A program made the translations under genes and the position numbers. Shown here piece after piece: positions 52,124 to 61,377 of a stretch of DNA of 64,000 nt; position 1 is the first letter of the stretch; every line of letters begins with the position of its first letter. Source of the DNA: an uncultured delta proteobacterium (GTDB lineage: Bacteria > Desulfobacterota > Binatia > UBA9968); the NCBI GenBank assembly GCA_963727625.1, contig CAVSHR010000008.1, forward strand, positions 320,001 to 384,000. Reading direction: 5' to 3'. Under the pieces are notes generated by a model that was not told where the DNA came from, did not search any database, and saw nothing but the letters and a program-made list of their open reading frames with translations.

Positions 52124-52699
52124 ATGAATGGCCTGGTTAGACTCATTTTAATGCTAATGATGATCCTAACGCTTGCTACGTGTTGGAAAGCACCAACCAC
52201 GACACAGTCGTCGGTCGCAAGAGGAAAATATTTAGTTGTCCTAGCGGGCTGTAACGACTGTCATACGCCGAAAATTCCCGGGCCGAACGGCGCGCCCGTG
52301 CCGGACAACTCGAAGCTCCTGGCCGGCCATTTGGAGAAAACCCCGGTGCCGTCGTGGTCGCCGGAGGATGCCAAAGATAAGGGCGTGGTCGCGGCGACGA
52401 ATGGTTCGCTTACCGCCTGGGCGGGTCCGTGGGGCGTAAGCTTCGCGATCAATCTGACTCCGGACAAGGCCACGGGCATCGGCGAGTGGAGCGAGGAAAT
52501 GTTCATTGAGATGGCGCGCACCGGCAAACATCAAGGCCAGCCCACCGGCCGGGAAATTTTACCGCCCATGCCCTGGTTCAACATGAAGGATCTGACCGAC
52601 GCCGACTTGAAGGCGATCTGGGCTTATCTGAGAAGCTTGCCGCCGGTGACCAACCCAGTGCCGCTGCCGATCCTGCCCACGGCGACCGCGCCAAAATAA
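52124..52699 (+). CDS. Exported monoheme c-type cytochrome
   Basis: Signal-like N-terminus; RGKYLV..GCNDCHTP (CxxCH), NLTPD..TGIG.W, PPMPW and DL.AIWAYLRSLPP. Confidence 0.88.
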   Translation: MNGLVRLILMLMMILTLATCWKAPTTTQSSVARGKYLVVLAGCNDCHTPKIPGPNGAPVPDNSKLLAGHLEKTPVPSWSPEDAKDKGVVAATNGSLTAWAGPWGVSFAINLTPDKATGIGEWSEEMFIEMARTGKHQGQPTGREILPPMPWFNMKDLTDADLKAIWAYLRSLPPVTNPVPLPILPTATAPK

Positions 52700-52887
52700 A
52701 TCCATAGGTGCTTTGGAGACTGGCGCGTCGCAGTCAGTTTCTGCCGACTTTGAGATGCGGTCATTGAGCATCGTTCATGGTTCGCCCTAATGGGCCGGCG
52801 AAAGTGGCGATAATTTCCCGCACGCGGCTGCTTGAACAATTTCCCAGCGTTCTTTTGTTAGCCAAACAGTCGTGATATTTAAGCCAC

Positions 52888-53268
52888 GTGGACCAGGATC
52901 CGACTGGCATGTTGCGCCGCTCGCTGAATGATTTTTTAAGCTTCGAGCTCGATGAAGCCGCGCTGGAGCGACTTTCCTGGCGCGACTTCGGCAACGGTCT
53001 CTCAATGGCTCGTCTGGCGCGCGTGGATCAGCGTGAGTTGGTTCTCTACCGAATCCGCGCGGGCGCGGCAACGGACGCGTTTTTAAAGCATGAACATATC
53101 GGCGGCGAGTTCTATCTGGTGCTCAAAGGCAAGATCGCCGACGAGATCGGTGAGTACGCCAAGGGTGATCTGGTATTTTTAGATCCGCGCTCGATGCACA
53201 CGCCGCGGGCGGTCGGCGAGACGGTGGTGCTGGTGTTATGGCCAGCCGGTGTGCGCATCGTCGATTAA
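52888..53268 (+). CDS. ChrR-like cupin domain protein
   Basis: HEHIGGEFYLVLKG.I.DE.G.Y..GD...S.HTP cupin motifs. Confidence 0.8.
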   Translation: MDQDPTGMLRRSLNDFLSFELDEAALERLSWRDFGNGLSMARLARVDQRELVLYRIRAGAATDAFLKHEHIGGEFYLVLKGKIADEIGEYAKGDLVFLDPRSMHTPRAVGETVVLVLWPAGVRIVD

Positions 53269-53305
53269 CGGACTCAATTCGATCAAACGAACATCAGGAG
53301 GGAAA

Positions 53306-54190
53306 ATGAAAAATCTAGGATTCATCGGTACCGGCGGCATGGGCAGCGGCATGGCGGCCAACCTGATCAAGGCGGGCAACAAACTGGTTATCAACGACCT
53401 GCGCCGCGAGCAGTGCAAGGGGCTAGAGAGCCAGGGCGCGGTCTATAAAGAATCGCCCAAAGCTGTGGCCGAGTCCTGTGAAATCGTATTGTCCATGCTT
53501 CCTTACAATGAAGCGGTGCGCGCGGTTGGGCTCGGCAACGGCGGGCTCCATGAAGCGAGCAGCGGGGCGAAGCTATGGATCGATTTCAGCAGCATCGATA
53601 AGAAAACCATCGTCGGCGTCAGCGCCGAGCTGGCCAAAAAAGGCTGGACCGTCGTCGATGGCTCGGCGGGCGGTGTCGAGGAGGCCGCGGCGGCGGGCAC
53701 TTTGTCGCTTTGGCTGTCGGGATCCAAAGCGGTTTTTGACGAGAACCAGGCGGTGTTCAAGGCGATGGGAAACAAAGTGCTTTACGTCGGCGAGTTGGGC
53801 AACGCCAAGCTGGTGAAGAACGCCATGGCGATGTTTGCCGCGGTGACCCATTTGACACTAGCTGAAATTTGCTCGTGGTTAAAAAAGGGTGGACTCAGCG
53901 AAGAAACCTTTCGTACGATTCTGAAAAATTCCGCACAGGACTCCGTGGCCATCGACCGGATCATGGAAATTGTTGTCAGCCGCAACTACAAACCGCGCAA
54001 GTCCTGGATGCCGAAGGACGTCGGTTTCGGCCTGGACATGGCGCGCGAGATGGAAGTACCGATGCCGTTCGTTGCCCTGGCATACCAATTGTTTTCGATC
54101 GCCCAGGCCACCGGCATGGACGGCTACGAAGCCACCGGCATTGCCTGCAACGTTTACGATGTCATCACCGGGCAGAAGCGGGGTGTCTGA
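53306..54190 (+). CDS. NAD(P)-dependent beta-hydroxyacid dehydrogenase family protein
   Basis: GFIGTGGMGSGMA Rossmann motif, AAAGTL, catalytic KLVKN and KD...; ATG 53306 after GGAGG. Confidence 0.88.
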   Translation: MKNLGFIGTGGMGSGMAANLIKAGNKLVINDLRREQCKGLESQGAVYKESPKAVAESCEIVLSMLPYNEAVRAVGLGNGGLHEASSGAKLWIDFSSIDKKTIVGVSAELAKKGWTVVDGSAGGVEEAAAAGTLSLWLSGSKAVFDENQAVFKAMGNKVLYVGELGNAKLVKNAMAMFAAVTHLTLAEICSWLKKGGLSEETFRTILKNSAQDSVAIDRIMEIVVSRNYKPRKSWMPKDVGFGLDMAREMEVPMPFVALAYQLFSIAQATGMDGYEATGIACNVYDVITGQKRGV

Positions 54191-54194
54191 GGAG

Positions 54195-54734
54195 ATGGCC
54201 GGTCTACCGCATGAACGCATTTCCCGGTTTCTCACTTATCTTTTGCGCCACCGGCCCAAGGAGTATCCGCTGGTTTTCGATAAGCGCGGCTTTGTCGACT
54301 GGGGCGATGTCGTCGAAATGGTCCAAGAGCGTTTCTATGACGTCACCGAAGCGCAGGTCCACACCGCAGTCAGCGATTCGGAGAAGCAGCGTTTCGAGTT
54401 GATCGACGGCAAAGTACGCGCCACCTACGGCCATTCCTTCCCCATCGATCTTGCCGACAACGCCACCGAACCGCCTCCGAGACTTTACTGCGGCGCAGCG
54501 CGGGATTTGGCGCGGTCCATGCTGCGCAACGGCCTCAATCCGCGCGATCGCCAATACGTCCATCTCAGTCTGACTGCGGAAGAAGCTGAATCAGTGGCTC
54601 GGCGCCACGATCCCGCGCCGGCTCTTTTGATCGTTGACGCCCAGGCCGCGCACGACGACGGAGTTGTGTTCTATCAGTCCGGACCGTTATTTTTGGCGGA
54701 AAGCATTCCGGCAAAGTTTTTGTCGCTCAGGTAA
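54195..54734 (+). CDS. kptA: RNA 2'-phosphotransferase Tpt1/KptA
   Basis: ISRFLTYLLRH, KQRF, RATYGHS and GL.P..RQYVHLS; ATG 54195 after GAGGAG. Confidence 0.88.
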   Translation: MAGLPHERISRFLTYLLRHRPKEYPLVFDKRGFVDWGDVVEMVQERFYDVTEAQVHTAVSDSEKQRFELIDGKVRATYGHSFPIDLADNATEPPPRLYCGAARDLARSMLRNGLNPRDRQYVHLSLTAEEAESVARRHDPAPALLIVDAQAAHDDGVVFYQSGPLFLAESIPAKFLSLR

Positions 54735-54770
54735 TCGAGCGTTAGGCTTTGAAGCGCGGCGAACCAGAAA

Positions 54771-55000
54771 GGATCTCGGCATACCCAGCGGACGGCGGCG
54801 TGTCGTCATAGGCCGCGGCAGGGCTGGCCCCAGTAAAAATCAAGCGGCCCTCCTTGCTAGTTTCATCGGTGCTCGGCCCGTTTGGGTGCGCGGTCAGGTT
54901 TCCGGCCTAGCTTCGCGCCAGTGTTTAGGAAAGTTGTTCGATCCTAGTTACCTCGGCGGGAGCGTTCGGTTTGGCGGTTACCGCGCTATGTTTGAGATCC
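54771..55000 (+). ncRNA. Candidate Y-shaped structured RNA or MITE-like element, unassigned
   Basis: Hand-folded: terminal stem GGATCTCGGCATA/TATGTTTGAGATCC encloses two adjacent long hairpins. Confidence 0.4.
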
Positions 55001-55142
55001 CAAGGGCGGCTCGCCGCCGGATTGCACGCCATAAATCATTACGTTAAAGTAACTTCGAAGCAGCCATCGTTTCCGCTTTCGTTAGGGAAGTTGCCCGATC
55101 GCGGCTCCTAAGCCCGACACAGACCTAACTATAACAAAATAA

Positions 55143-56825
55143 ATGCGCAGCCATCTCAGAGAGCTTCTGAACCGGGCCGTTGAAAAGACGGCTAAAGGCG
55201 GAGAGCTGGATTCAGCACAGCTCCCGGCTTTGCTTCTTGAGCCGCCGAAGCAGCGCGAATTCGGCGACCTGGCGAGCAACATTGCCATGCTCTGGGCCAA
55301 CAGCGCCAAGAAACCGCCTCGAGCGATCGCCGAAACGATTCTCAGGAACATCGAAGATCCACTGGGTATTCTCGCGCGCATGGAAATCGCCGGGCCGGGT
55401 TTTTTGAATTTTACTTTCTCGCCTCAATTCTACTATCAGCAGCTGCGCGAAATTAGCGCCGGCAAGGGCGCCGATCTCGATCTTGGCCACGGGCAAAAAG
55501 TGCAAGTGGAATTTGCCAGCGTTAACCCGACCGGACCGTTACATGTCGGCCATGGGCGTGTGGCGGTGATCGGTGATGTGTTGGCCCGGCTGCACGAGGC
55601 GACCGGTTTTCAGGTTGAGCGCGAGTATTACGTCAACGACGCCGGCAATCAGATGGAGAACCTAGGACTGTCGCTCTATGCCCGCTACCGCGAAGCATTC
55701 GGCGAGACCGTCGAATTTCCCGAGGGCGGCTATCCGGGTGACTACGTCAAAGAGATTGCCGCTCAGGTGAAGCAGAAATACGGCGAGAAGTTTTTGCACG
55801 AGGACAAAGCGGTCGCGGTAAAATTTTTTCGCCAATACGGCGGTGCTGCGTTGCTCGAAACGATCCGCGCGCAGCTAAAATCTTTCGGCATCGAGTTTGA
55901 TTCGTTTTTCAGCGAAAAGGCGATGCGTGAGAGTGACGAAGTGGCGGCGTCGATGAACCTATTGCGCGCGCGCGATTTGCTTTACGCCCACGATGGCGCC
56001 GAGTGGTACCGATCGACGCAGTTCGGCGACGACAAAGACCGCGCGGTGATCAAGAGCGACGGCGAGTTGACCTACTTTGCCAGCGACATCGCCTACCATC
56101 GGAACAAATTCGAGCGCAAGTTCAACAAGCTCATTAACGTCTGGGGCGCCGACCACCATGGCTACGTGCCGCGCTTGAAGGCGGCGATGCAAGGTCTGGG
56201 TTACGATCCCGAACTTCTCAAGGTCGTTTTGGTGCAGATGGTCCAGCTGACGCGCGGCGGCGAACCGGTGCGGATGGGCAAACGGACCGGCGAATTCGTT
56301 TCCCTCGAAGAAATATTGGAAGAAGTCGGAAGCGACGCGGCACGATTTTTCTTCTTGATGCGCAAATCGGACAGTCACCTCGACTTCGATTTGGAGCTGG
56401 CCAAAAAGCAGTCGAGTGAGAATCCGGTATTTTACGTGCAGTATGCCCATGCGCGGGTATCGAGCATCTTCGAGCAGGCGAGCAAGAGCGGCCTAGCGCC
56501 GGGCGCGCGGGAATCGATTCCGGTGGAGCGTCTGGTGCTTTCAGAGGAGTTGGAGTTGATTCGCAAAATGATCCAGTTTAACGATGTGCTCGAGGATAGC
56601 GTCCGCGAGCTTGAACCCCATCGCATGGTTTTTTATCTGTTGGATCTGGCCGGCGAATTCCATCGTTATTACAACCGCCACCGGGTGATTTCCGGGGACG
56701 CTGAATTGACCCAAGCGCGTTTGCTGCTGATCAAGAATATTCAAAAGACGGTTCGCCGCGGACTGGAAATTCTGGGCATCGAGGCGCCAGTGAGAATGGC
56801 CGCCCGCGCGGAAGTGGGCATCTAA
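55143..56825 (+). CDS. argS: Arginine--tRNA ligase
   Basis: EFASVNPTGPLHVGHGR (HIGH motif), TYFASDIAYH, GADHHGY and YVQYAHAR. Confidence 0.97.
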   Translation: MRSHLRELLNRAVEKTAKGGELDSAQLPALLLEPPKQREFGDLASNIAMLWANSAKKPPRAIAETILRNIEDPLGILARMEIAGPGFLNFTFSPQFYYQQLREISAGKGADLDLGHGQKVQVEFASVNPTGPLHVGHGRVAVIGDVLARLHEATGFQVEREYYVNDAGNQMENLGLSLYARYREAFGETVEFPEGGYPGDYVKEIAAQVKQKYGEKFLHEDKAVAVKFFRQYGGAALLETIRAQLKSFGIEFDSFFSEKAMRESDEVAASMNLLRARDLLYAHDGAEWYRSTQFGDDKDRAVIKSDGELTYFASDIAYHRNKFERKFNKLINVWGADHHGYVPRLKAAMQGLGYDPELLKVVLVQMVQLTRGGEPVRMGKRTGEFVSLEEILEEVGSDAARFFFLMRKSDSHLDFDLELAKKQSSENPVFYVQYAHARVSSIFEQASKSGLAPGARESIPVERLVLSEELELIRKMIQFNDVLEDSVRELEPHRMVFYLLDLAGEFHRYYNRHRVISGDAELTQARLLLIKNIQKTVRRGLEILGIEAPVRMAARAEVGI

Positions 56826-56858
56826 AGCTTCGCGTTGCGGTAGCAAGAGGGAAAATTC

Positions 56859-57572
56859 ATGGCGGAAAATCGCAAAGGCAAAGAAAATCGCTTTTACTTC
56901 AGTCGCGGGCAGATGGTATTGCTCGGCGCAGGTTTTACGCTCGCTTCGGTCATCATATTCGTGCTGGGAATTTTTGTTGGGAAAGGTATCGAAGCAAGAA
57001 AGATGTTCAAGCCGGAGGAACCCCTGGTCAAGATTCCGATCCAACCGGGAGCGCAGCAGTCAAGCAGCGCGTCGACTCCGGCACCTAAAGACGAAATTAC
57101 CTTTAACGACACGCTGCCTAAATCCTCCGGTGCGGCTGCAGCGGCCGAGAAGAAACCGGGGGCTGGAAAGCCGGTAGAAAAAGTCGCTAGGGTCGAACCC
57201 AGGAAAAGTCTGCCTCTACCCAAGCCTGAAGCTCCCGCGCCGAAGGCAGCGGAAAAGAAAACCGAAAAGGCCGCACTGTCTGGGGAGACGGCTCGGAAGC
57301 CGGAAACCGGGGCGAACGGCGGGTCCAAGGAGCCGGGCAAGACCTGGCGCGCGCAAGTGAATGCTTTTCCCGACGAGCGCTCGGCTAAGCTGGCAGTTGA
57401 TCGACTCAAAATTAAAGGCTACAACGCCTATGTTACCGAGGTACAGAACCGGGGAAAGACCTGGTATCGCGTTAACGTAGGTAAGTTCAGCACGCGCGAT
57501 GAAGCCGACAAAATGGTAGAGTTACTGCGGGCCAAAGAGAATTTCCCGAAGGCTTTTGCCGCGTCCCGGTGA
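56859..57572 (+). CDS. SPOR-domain membrane-anchored cell division protein (FtsN/DedD-like)
   Basis: N-terminal transmembrane helix, Pro/Ala/Lys linker and C-terminal WRAQVNAF...WYRVNVG.F SPOR domain; usual neighbour of argS. Confidence 0.85.
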   Translation: MAENRKGKENRFYFSRGQMVLLGAGFTLASVIIFVLGIFVGKGIEARKMFKPEEPLVKIPIQPGAQQSSSASTPAPKDEITFNDTLPKSSGAAAAAEKKPGAGKPVEKVARVEPRKSLPLPKPEAPAPKAAEKKTEKAALSGETARKPETGANGGSKEPGKTWRAQVNAFPDERSAKLAVDRLKIKGYNAYVTEVQNRGKTWYRVNVGKFSTRDEADKMVELLRAKENFPKAFAASR

Positions 57573-57589
57573 GCCGGCGGAATTCCACA

Positions 57590-58606
57590 ATGAATATTCG
57601 CGAAGCGATCGAAAAAATGGTTAATCGCGCCGACCTTTCCGAGGCCGAAACCATCGACGTCATGAACCAAATCATGACCGGCGAAGCGACTCCGCTGCAG
57701 GTGGCGTCTTTTCTCACCGCTTTGCGCATGAAAGGGGAGACGGTCGAGGAAATAACCGGCGCGGCGCGGGTCATGCGCGAGAAGGCCCACCGTGTGGAAG
57801 TCGGCGCAAAAACCGTTCTCGATACCTGCGGCACAGGCGGCGACCAGAAGGGCACGTTCAATATCTCGACGACGGCGGCGTTCGTTCTCGCGGGCGCCGG
57901 CGTGAATATCGCCAAGCATGGCAATCGCTCGGTGTCGAGCCAATCCGGCAGCGCCGACGTGCTGGGCGCTCTAGGCGTCAAGGTCGACGCGCCGAAGGAG
58001 CGGGTTGAGCAATGCATCGCCAAGATCGGCATCGGTTTTTTATTCGCGCCGCTGCTCCATGAGGCGATGAAATACGCCGTGCAGCCGCGCCGCGACATCG
58101 GCATCCGTACGATTTTCAATATCCTCGGTCCGCTGACCAATCCGGCGATGGCGACGCATCAGCTGATCGGCATTTACAGCGGCGATATGGTAGCGATGAT
58201 CGCCCATGTGCTCAAGAATCTCGGCAGCGCGCGGGCCATGGTCGTGCATGGCGTGGAAGGGCTGGATGAAATTTCCCTGTGCGGTCCGACTCAAGTCGCC
58301 GAGCTGCGCGACGGCCAGGTGAAAGAGTACGTTATCGAGCCGGAGCAGTTCGCTTTCACGCGCTGCCGCCTGGAGGAATTGCATGGCGGCAACGCGGAAC
58401 AAAGCGCCGCGATCGTGCGCGGCATCCTTGACGGCGAGCTAGGGCCCGCCCGTGACGTAGTCTTACTCAACAGCGCCGCGGCGCTCTACGTCAGCGGCAG
58501 CGCCGCGACGATTCAGGAGGGCATCCGGCTCGCCGCTCAATCCATCGATTCGGGGAACGCGCGTCAAAAACTTGCACAGCTGGTCGAAATGACCAACGCC
58601 GCGTGA
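57590..58606 (+). CDS. trpD: Anthranilate phosphoribosyltransferase
   Basis: [28 protein letters not shown] and GLDEIS. Confidence 0.97.
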   Translation: MNIREAIEKMVNRADLSEAETIDVMNQIMTGEATPLQVASFLTALRMKGETVEEITGAARVMREKAHRVEVGAKTVLDTCGTGGDQKGTFNISTTAAFVLAGAGVNIAKHGNRSVSSQSGSADVLGALGVKVDAPKERVEQCIAKIGIGFLFAPLLHEAMKYAVQPRRDIGIRTIFNILGPLTNPAMATHQLIGIYSGDMVAMIAHVLKNLGSARAMVVHGVEGLDEISLCGPTQVAELRDGQVKEYVIEPEQFAFTRCRLEELHGGNAEQSAAIVRGILDGELGPARDVVLLNSAAALYVSGSAATIQEGIRLAAQSIDSGNARQKLAQLVEMTNAA

Positions 58607-58612
58607 TCGGGC

Positions 58613-59392
58613 ATGGCGGAAATTCTGGCCACCATCGCCGACCATGTGCGCGAGGTCGTGGAGCGTCGCCGGCGCGAGGCGCCACTCGAGGCTCTGCGCG
58701 ATCGGCCGCTGTTCAATCTGCCGACCCGGGGATTCGCTAGAAATCTGGCAGGCGCCGAGCGGCGCATCATCGCCGAGGTCAAAAAAGCCTCGCCGTCCAA
58801 GGGACTCATTCGCGCTGATTTCGATCCGGTAACGATCGCCAAGGATTATGCCGCCCACGGCGCCGGGGCGATCTCGGTGTTGACCGAGGAGCGCTTTTTT
58901 CAGGGCAGCCTGCGCTACTTGGAAGAGATCCGCGCGGCGGTTGAGGTCCCGTTGCTGCGCAAGGATTTCACCCTCGATCCCTATCAGATCGTCGAAGCCA
59001 AGAGTTACGGCGCCGACGCGGTGCTGTTGATCGCGGCCATGCTCGACGCTCGGCGGATGGCCGGATTGCGCGCGCAGGCGAGCGAATTGAAATTGGATAC
59101 ATTGATCGAAGTCCATACGGAAGACGAATTGGCCGCTGCCGTTGAAGCGGGCGCGCAGATGATCGGCGTCAACAACCGCGATTTAAAAACTTTTCAGGTG
59201 AGCCTCGCAACGACCGAGCGGCTGGCGCCGCTGATTCCAGCCGGCACGGTGGCGGTGTGCGAAAGCGGAATTGACAGTCTCGATCAGATTCGCCGGGTCG
59301 AACAGTGGGGCATTCATGTTTTCCTGGTCGGCGAGTCGTTGATGCGCGCGCCGGAGCCGGGAAAGAAGCTGGCGGAGTTATTCAAGGACTGA
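58613..59392 (+). CDS. trpC: Indole-3-glycerol phosphate synthase
   Basis: IAEVKKASPSKG, LRKDF, GVNNRDL and ESGI. Confidence 0.97.
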   Translation: MAEILATIADHVREVVERRRREAPLEALRDRPLFNLPTRGFARNLAGAERRIIAEVKKASPSKGLIRADFDPVTIAKDYAAHGAGAISVLTEERFFQGSLRYLEEIRAAVEVPLLRKDFTLDPYQIVEAKSYGADAVLLIAAMLDARRMAGLRAQASELKLDTLIEVHTEDELAAAVEAGAQMIGVNNRDLKTFQVSLATTERLAPLIPAGTVAVCESGIDSLDQIRRVEQWGIHVFLVGESLMRAPEPGKKLAELFKD

Positions 59393-59405
59393 GCTATGGG
59401 TTTGT

Positions 59406-59449
59406 CGAAGGGGACAGTCCCCCTTCCGAAAGGGGGACTGTCCCCTTCG
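59406..59449. repeat. REP-like palindrome, copy 1
   Basis: Perfect 20-bp inverted repeat CGAAGGGGACAGTCCCCCTT-CCGA-AAGGGGGACTGTCCCCTTCG. Confidence 0.85.
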
Positions 59450-59468
59450 TGGGTTTTGGCATTAACTT

Positions 59469-60083
59469 ATGGCTGTTAAAGTTAAGGTTTGCGGCATCAC
59501 CAGTCTAATCGACGCGGAAACGGCGCTCGGGTTTGGCGCCGACATGCTCGGGTTTAATTTTTATTTGGCGAGCCCGCGCGTGATCGCGCCTGAAACAGCG
59601 GCGCAAATTATCGAGCGACTGCCTGCGAGCTCGTTCAACATTGCGCTGTTCGTCAACGAGAGCCGAGAAAAGGTTTTAGAGGTGATTGCCACAGGGAAGC
59701 AGGCTTACCGCGGCCTGCAATTTCACGGCGAAGAGAGCGCGGCTTATTGCGAAGGTTGGGGCATGAAAGTCATCAAGGCATTTCGCCTGAGGGAAAAAGC
59801 ATCGCTGGCCGCGATAAGCGGCTTTCCCGCGGACTATTATTTGCTCGACTCCTGGTCGGCGGGCTATGGCGGATCAGGATCGCAATTTCCTTGGGAGTGG
59901 CTTGACGGGCTCGACACCGGCAAGCTTATTCTCTCCGGCGGGCTGCGGGTGGAGAACGTCGCCGAGGCGATCCGTCGGGTTCGCCCCTATGGCGTCGATG
60001 TGTGCAGCGGTGTGGAAGCGCGTCCAGGTGTCAAGGATCATGGAAAACTCAAAGAATTTATCGATGCTGCCAAAGGTGCCTGA
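59469..60083 (+). CDS. trpF: Phosphoribosylanthranilate isomerase
   Basis: VKVCGIT, QFHGEE, GGSG and [13 protein letters not shown]. Confidence 0.96.
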   Translation: MAVKVKVCGITSLIDAETALGFGADMLGFNFYLASPRVIAPETAAQIIERLPASSFNIALFVNESREKVLEVIATGKQAYRGLQFHGEESAAYCEGWGMKVIKAFRLREKASLAAISGFPADYYLLDSWSAGYGGSGSQFPWEWLDGLDTGKLILSGGLRVENVAEAIRRVRPYGVDVCSGVEARPGVKDHGKLKEFIDAAKGA

Positions 60084-61260
60084 CCGGCGCGGCCACTTCG
60101 GCGCGTACGGCGGCCGCTACGTCGCCGAGACGCTGATGCCGGCGCTCACCGAGTTGGAAAAAGCTTACTCTAAGGCGCGGCGGGATCGCGCGTTTCGCAA
60201 GGAAATACAGTTTTATCTGCGCGAATACGTCGGCCGCGAGACGCCGCTTTACTTCGCCGAACGGCTCTCGGCCAAGCTCGGCGGCGCAAAAATTTATCTA
60301 AAGCGCGAAGATCTCTGTCACACGGGCGCGCATAAAATCAACAACACCATCGGCCAAATCCTGCTGGCCAGGCGCATGGGTAAGCAGCGTATCATCGCCG
60401 AGACCGGGGCGGGACAGCATGGCGTGGCCACGGCGACGGTGGCGGCACGATTCGGTCTTGAGTGTGAGATCTTCATGGGCGAAGAAGACGTGCGGCGCCA
60501 GTCGCTGAACGTTTTTCGCATGAAGCTTCTCGGCGCCAAAGTCCGGGTCGTGGAAGCGGGCAGCCGTACGCTCAAAGATGCCATGAACGAGGCGCTGCGC
60601 GATTGGGTGACCAACGTGCGCAACACTTATTATTTAATCGGATCGGTGGCCGGGCCGCATCCCTATCCGATGATGGTGCGCGACTTTCAATCGGTGATCG
60701 GCCGGGAAGCTCGCCGGCAGATTGTCAAAAAAGAACGCAGGCTGCCGGATTACCTGGTGGCCTGCGTCGGCGGCGGCAGTAATTCGATGGGCCTGTTTTT
60801 TCCCTTCGTGCGCGATCTCAAGGTGAAAATGCTCGGCGTGGAGGCCGCCGGATTGGGCTTGCGCAGCGGCAAGCATTCGGCGTCGATCCAGGGGGGTGCG
60901 GTGGGGGTGTTGCATGGCAGCAAAAGCTACGTGTTGCAGGACCGGCGCGGTCAAATTACCGAAACCCACTCCATCGCCGCGGGGCTCGACTATCCCGGCG
61001 TCGGCCCGGAGCTGAGCTACCTGCGCGACTGCGGCAGGGCGCAATTCACCGCGGCCACCGATCGCGAAGCGATCGCCGCGATCAAGCTGCTCGCCGAAAT
61101 TGAGGGAATTATCCCGGCGCTCGAAAGCGCGCATGCGATCGCTGCGGTGGCCAAGCTGGCGCCGCGCTTGAGCAAGCGCCAGATCATCATCGTCAACCTG
61201 TCGGGCCGGGGCGACAAGGACATGCTGACCGTCGGGGATTATCTGGGAGTGAAACTGTAA
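60064..61260 (+). CDS. trpB: Tryptophan synthase beta subunit
   Basis: [17 protein letters not shown] and [10 protein letters not shown]; ATG 60064. Confidence 0.98.
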   Translation: MLPKVPDRRGHFGAYGGRYVAETLMPALTELEKAYSKARRDRAFRKEIQFYLREYVGRETPLYFAERLSAKLGGAKIYLKREDLCHTGAHKINNTIGQILLARRMGKQRIIAETGAGQHGVATATVAARFGLECEIFMGEEDVRRQSLNVFRMKLLGAKVRVVEAGSRTLKDAMNEALRDWVTNVRNTYYLIGSVAGPHPYPMMVRDFQSVIGREARRQIVKKERRLPDYLVACVGGGSNSMGLFFPFVRDLKVKMLGVEAAGLGLRSGKHSASIQGGAVGVLHGSKSYVLQDRRGQITETHSIAAGLDYPGVGPELSYLRDCGRAQFTAATDREAIAAIKLLAEIEGIIPALESAHAIAAVAKLAPRLSKRQIIIVNLSGRGDKDMLTVGDYLGVKL

Positions 61261-61263
61261 GAA

Positions 61264-61371
61264 GAGAGTCCAGAGTCGAGGGTTGAGAGCTGAAGTCTGT
61301 GTTTAGAATTTTCGGTGGCGCACACGCATTCGTATAACCTTAGACCTTAGACCCTAGACACTAAACCTGAA
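61264..61371. repeat. Two heptamer tandem arrays between trpB and trpA
   Basis: GAGAGTC-like x4 (61264-61291) and ACCTTAG-like x5 (61337-61371). Confidence 0.75.
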
Positions 61372-61377
61372 ATTGCC

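Noticed and set aside
54960-55070. T-box-like GGCGGTTACCGCG and SRP-like GAAGCAGCC upstream of argS
   Set aside because: There is no UGGNACC bulge, stem I motif or terminator, and the SRP core (CAGG..GRAA..AGCAG) is not contiguous.
59866-60063. N-terminal extension of TrpB; likewise the 53970 extension of Tpt1
   Set aside because: Both lie in alternative frames of the upstream genes, and family homology starts at 60064 and 54195.
61264-61371. CRISPR array
   Set aside because: The repeats are 7-mers without unique spacers, and there are no cas genes in the window.
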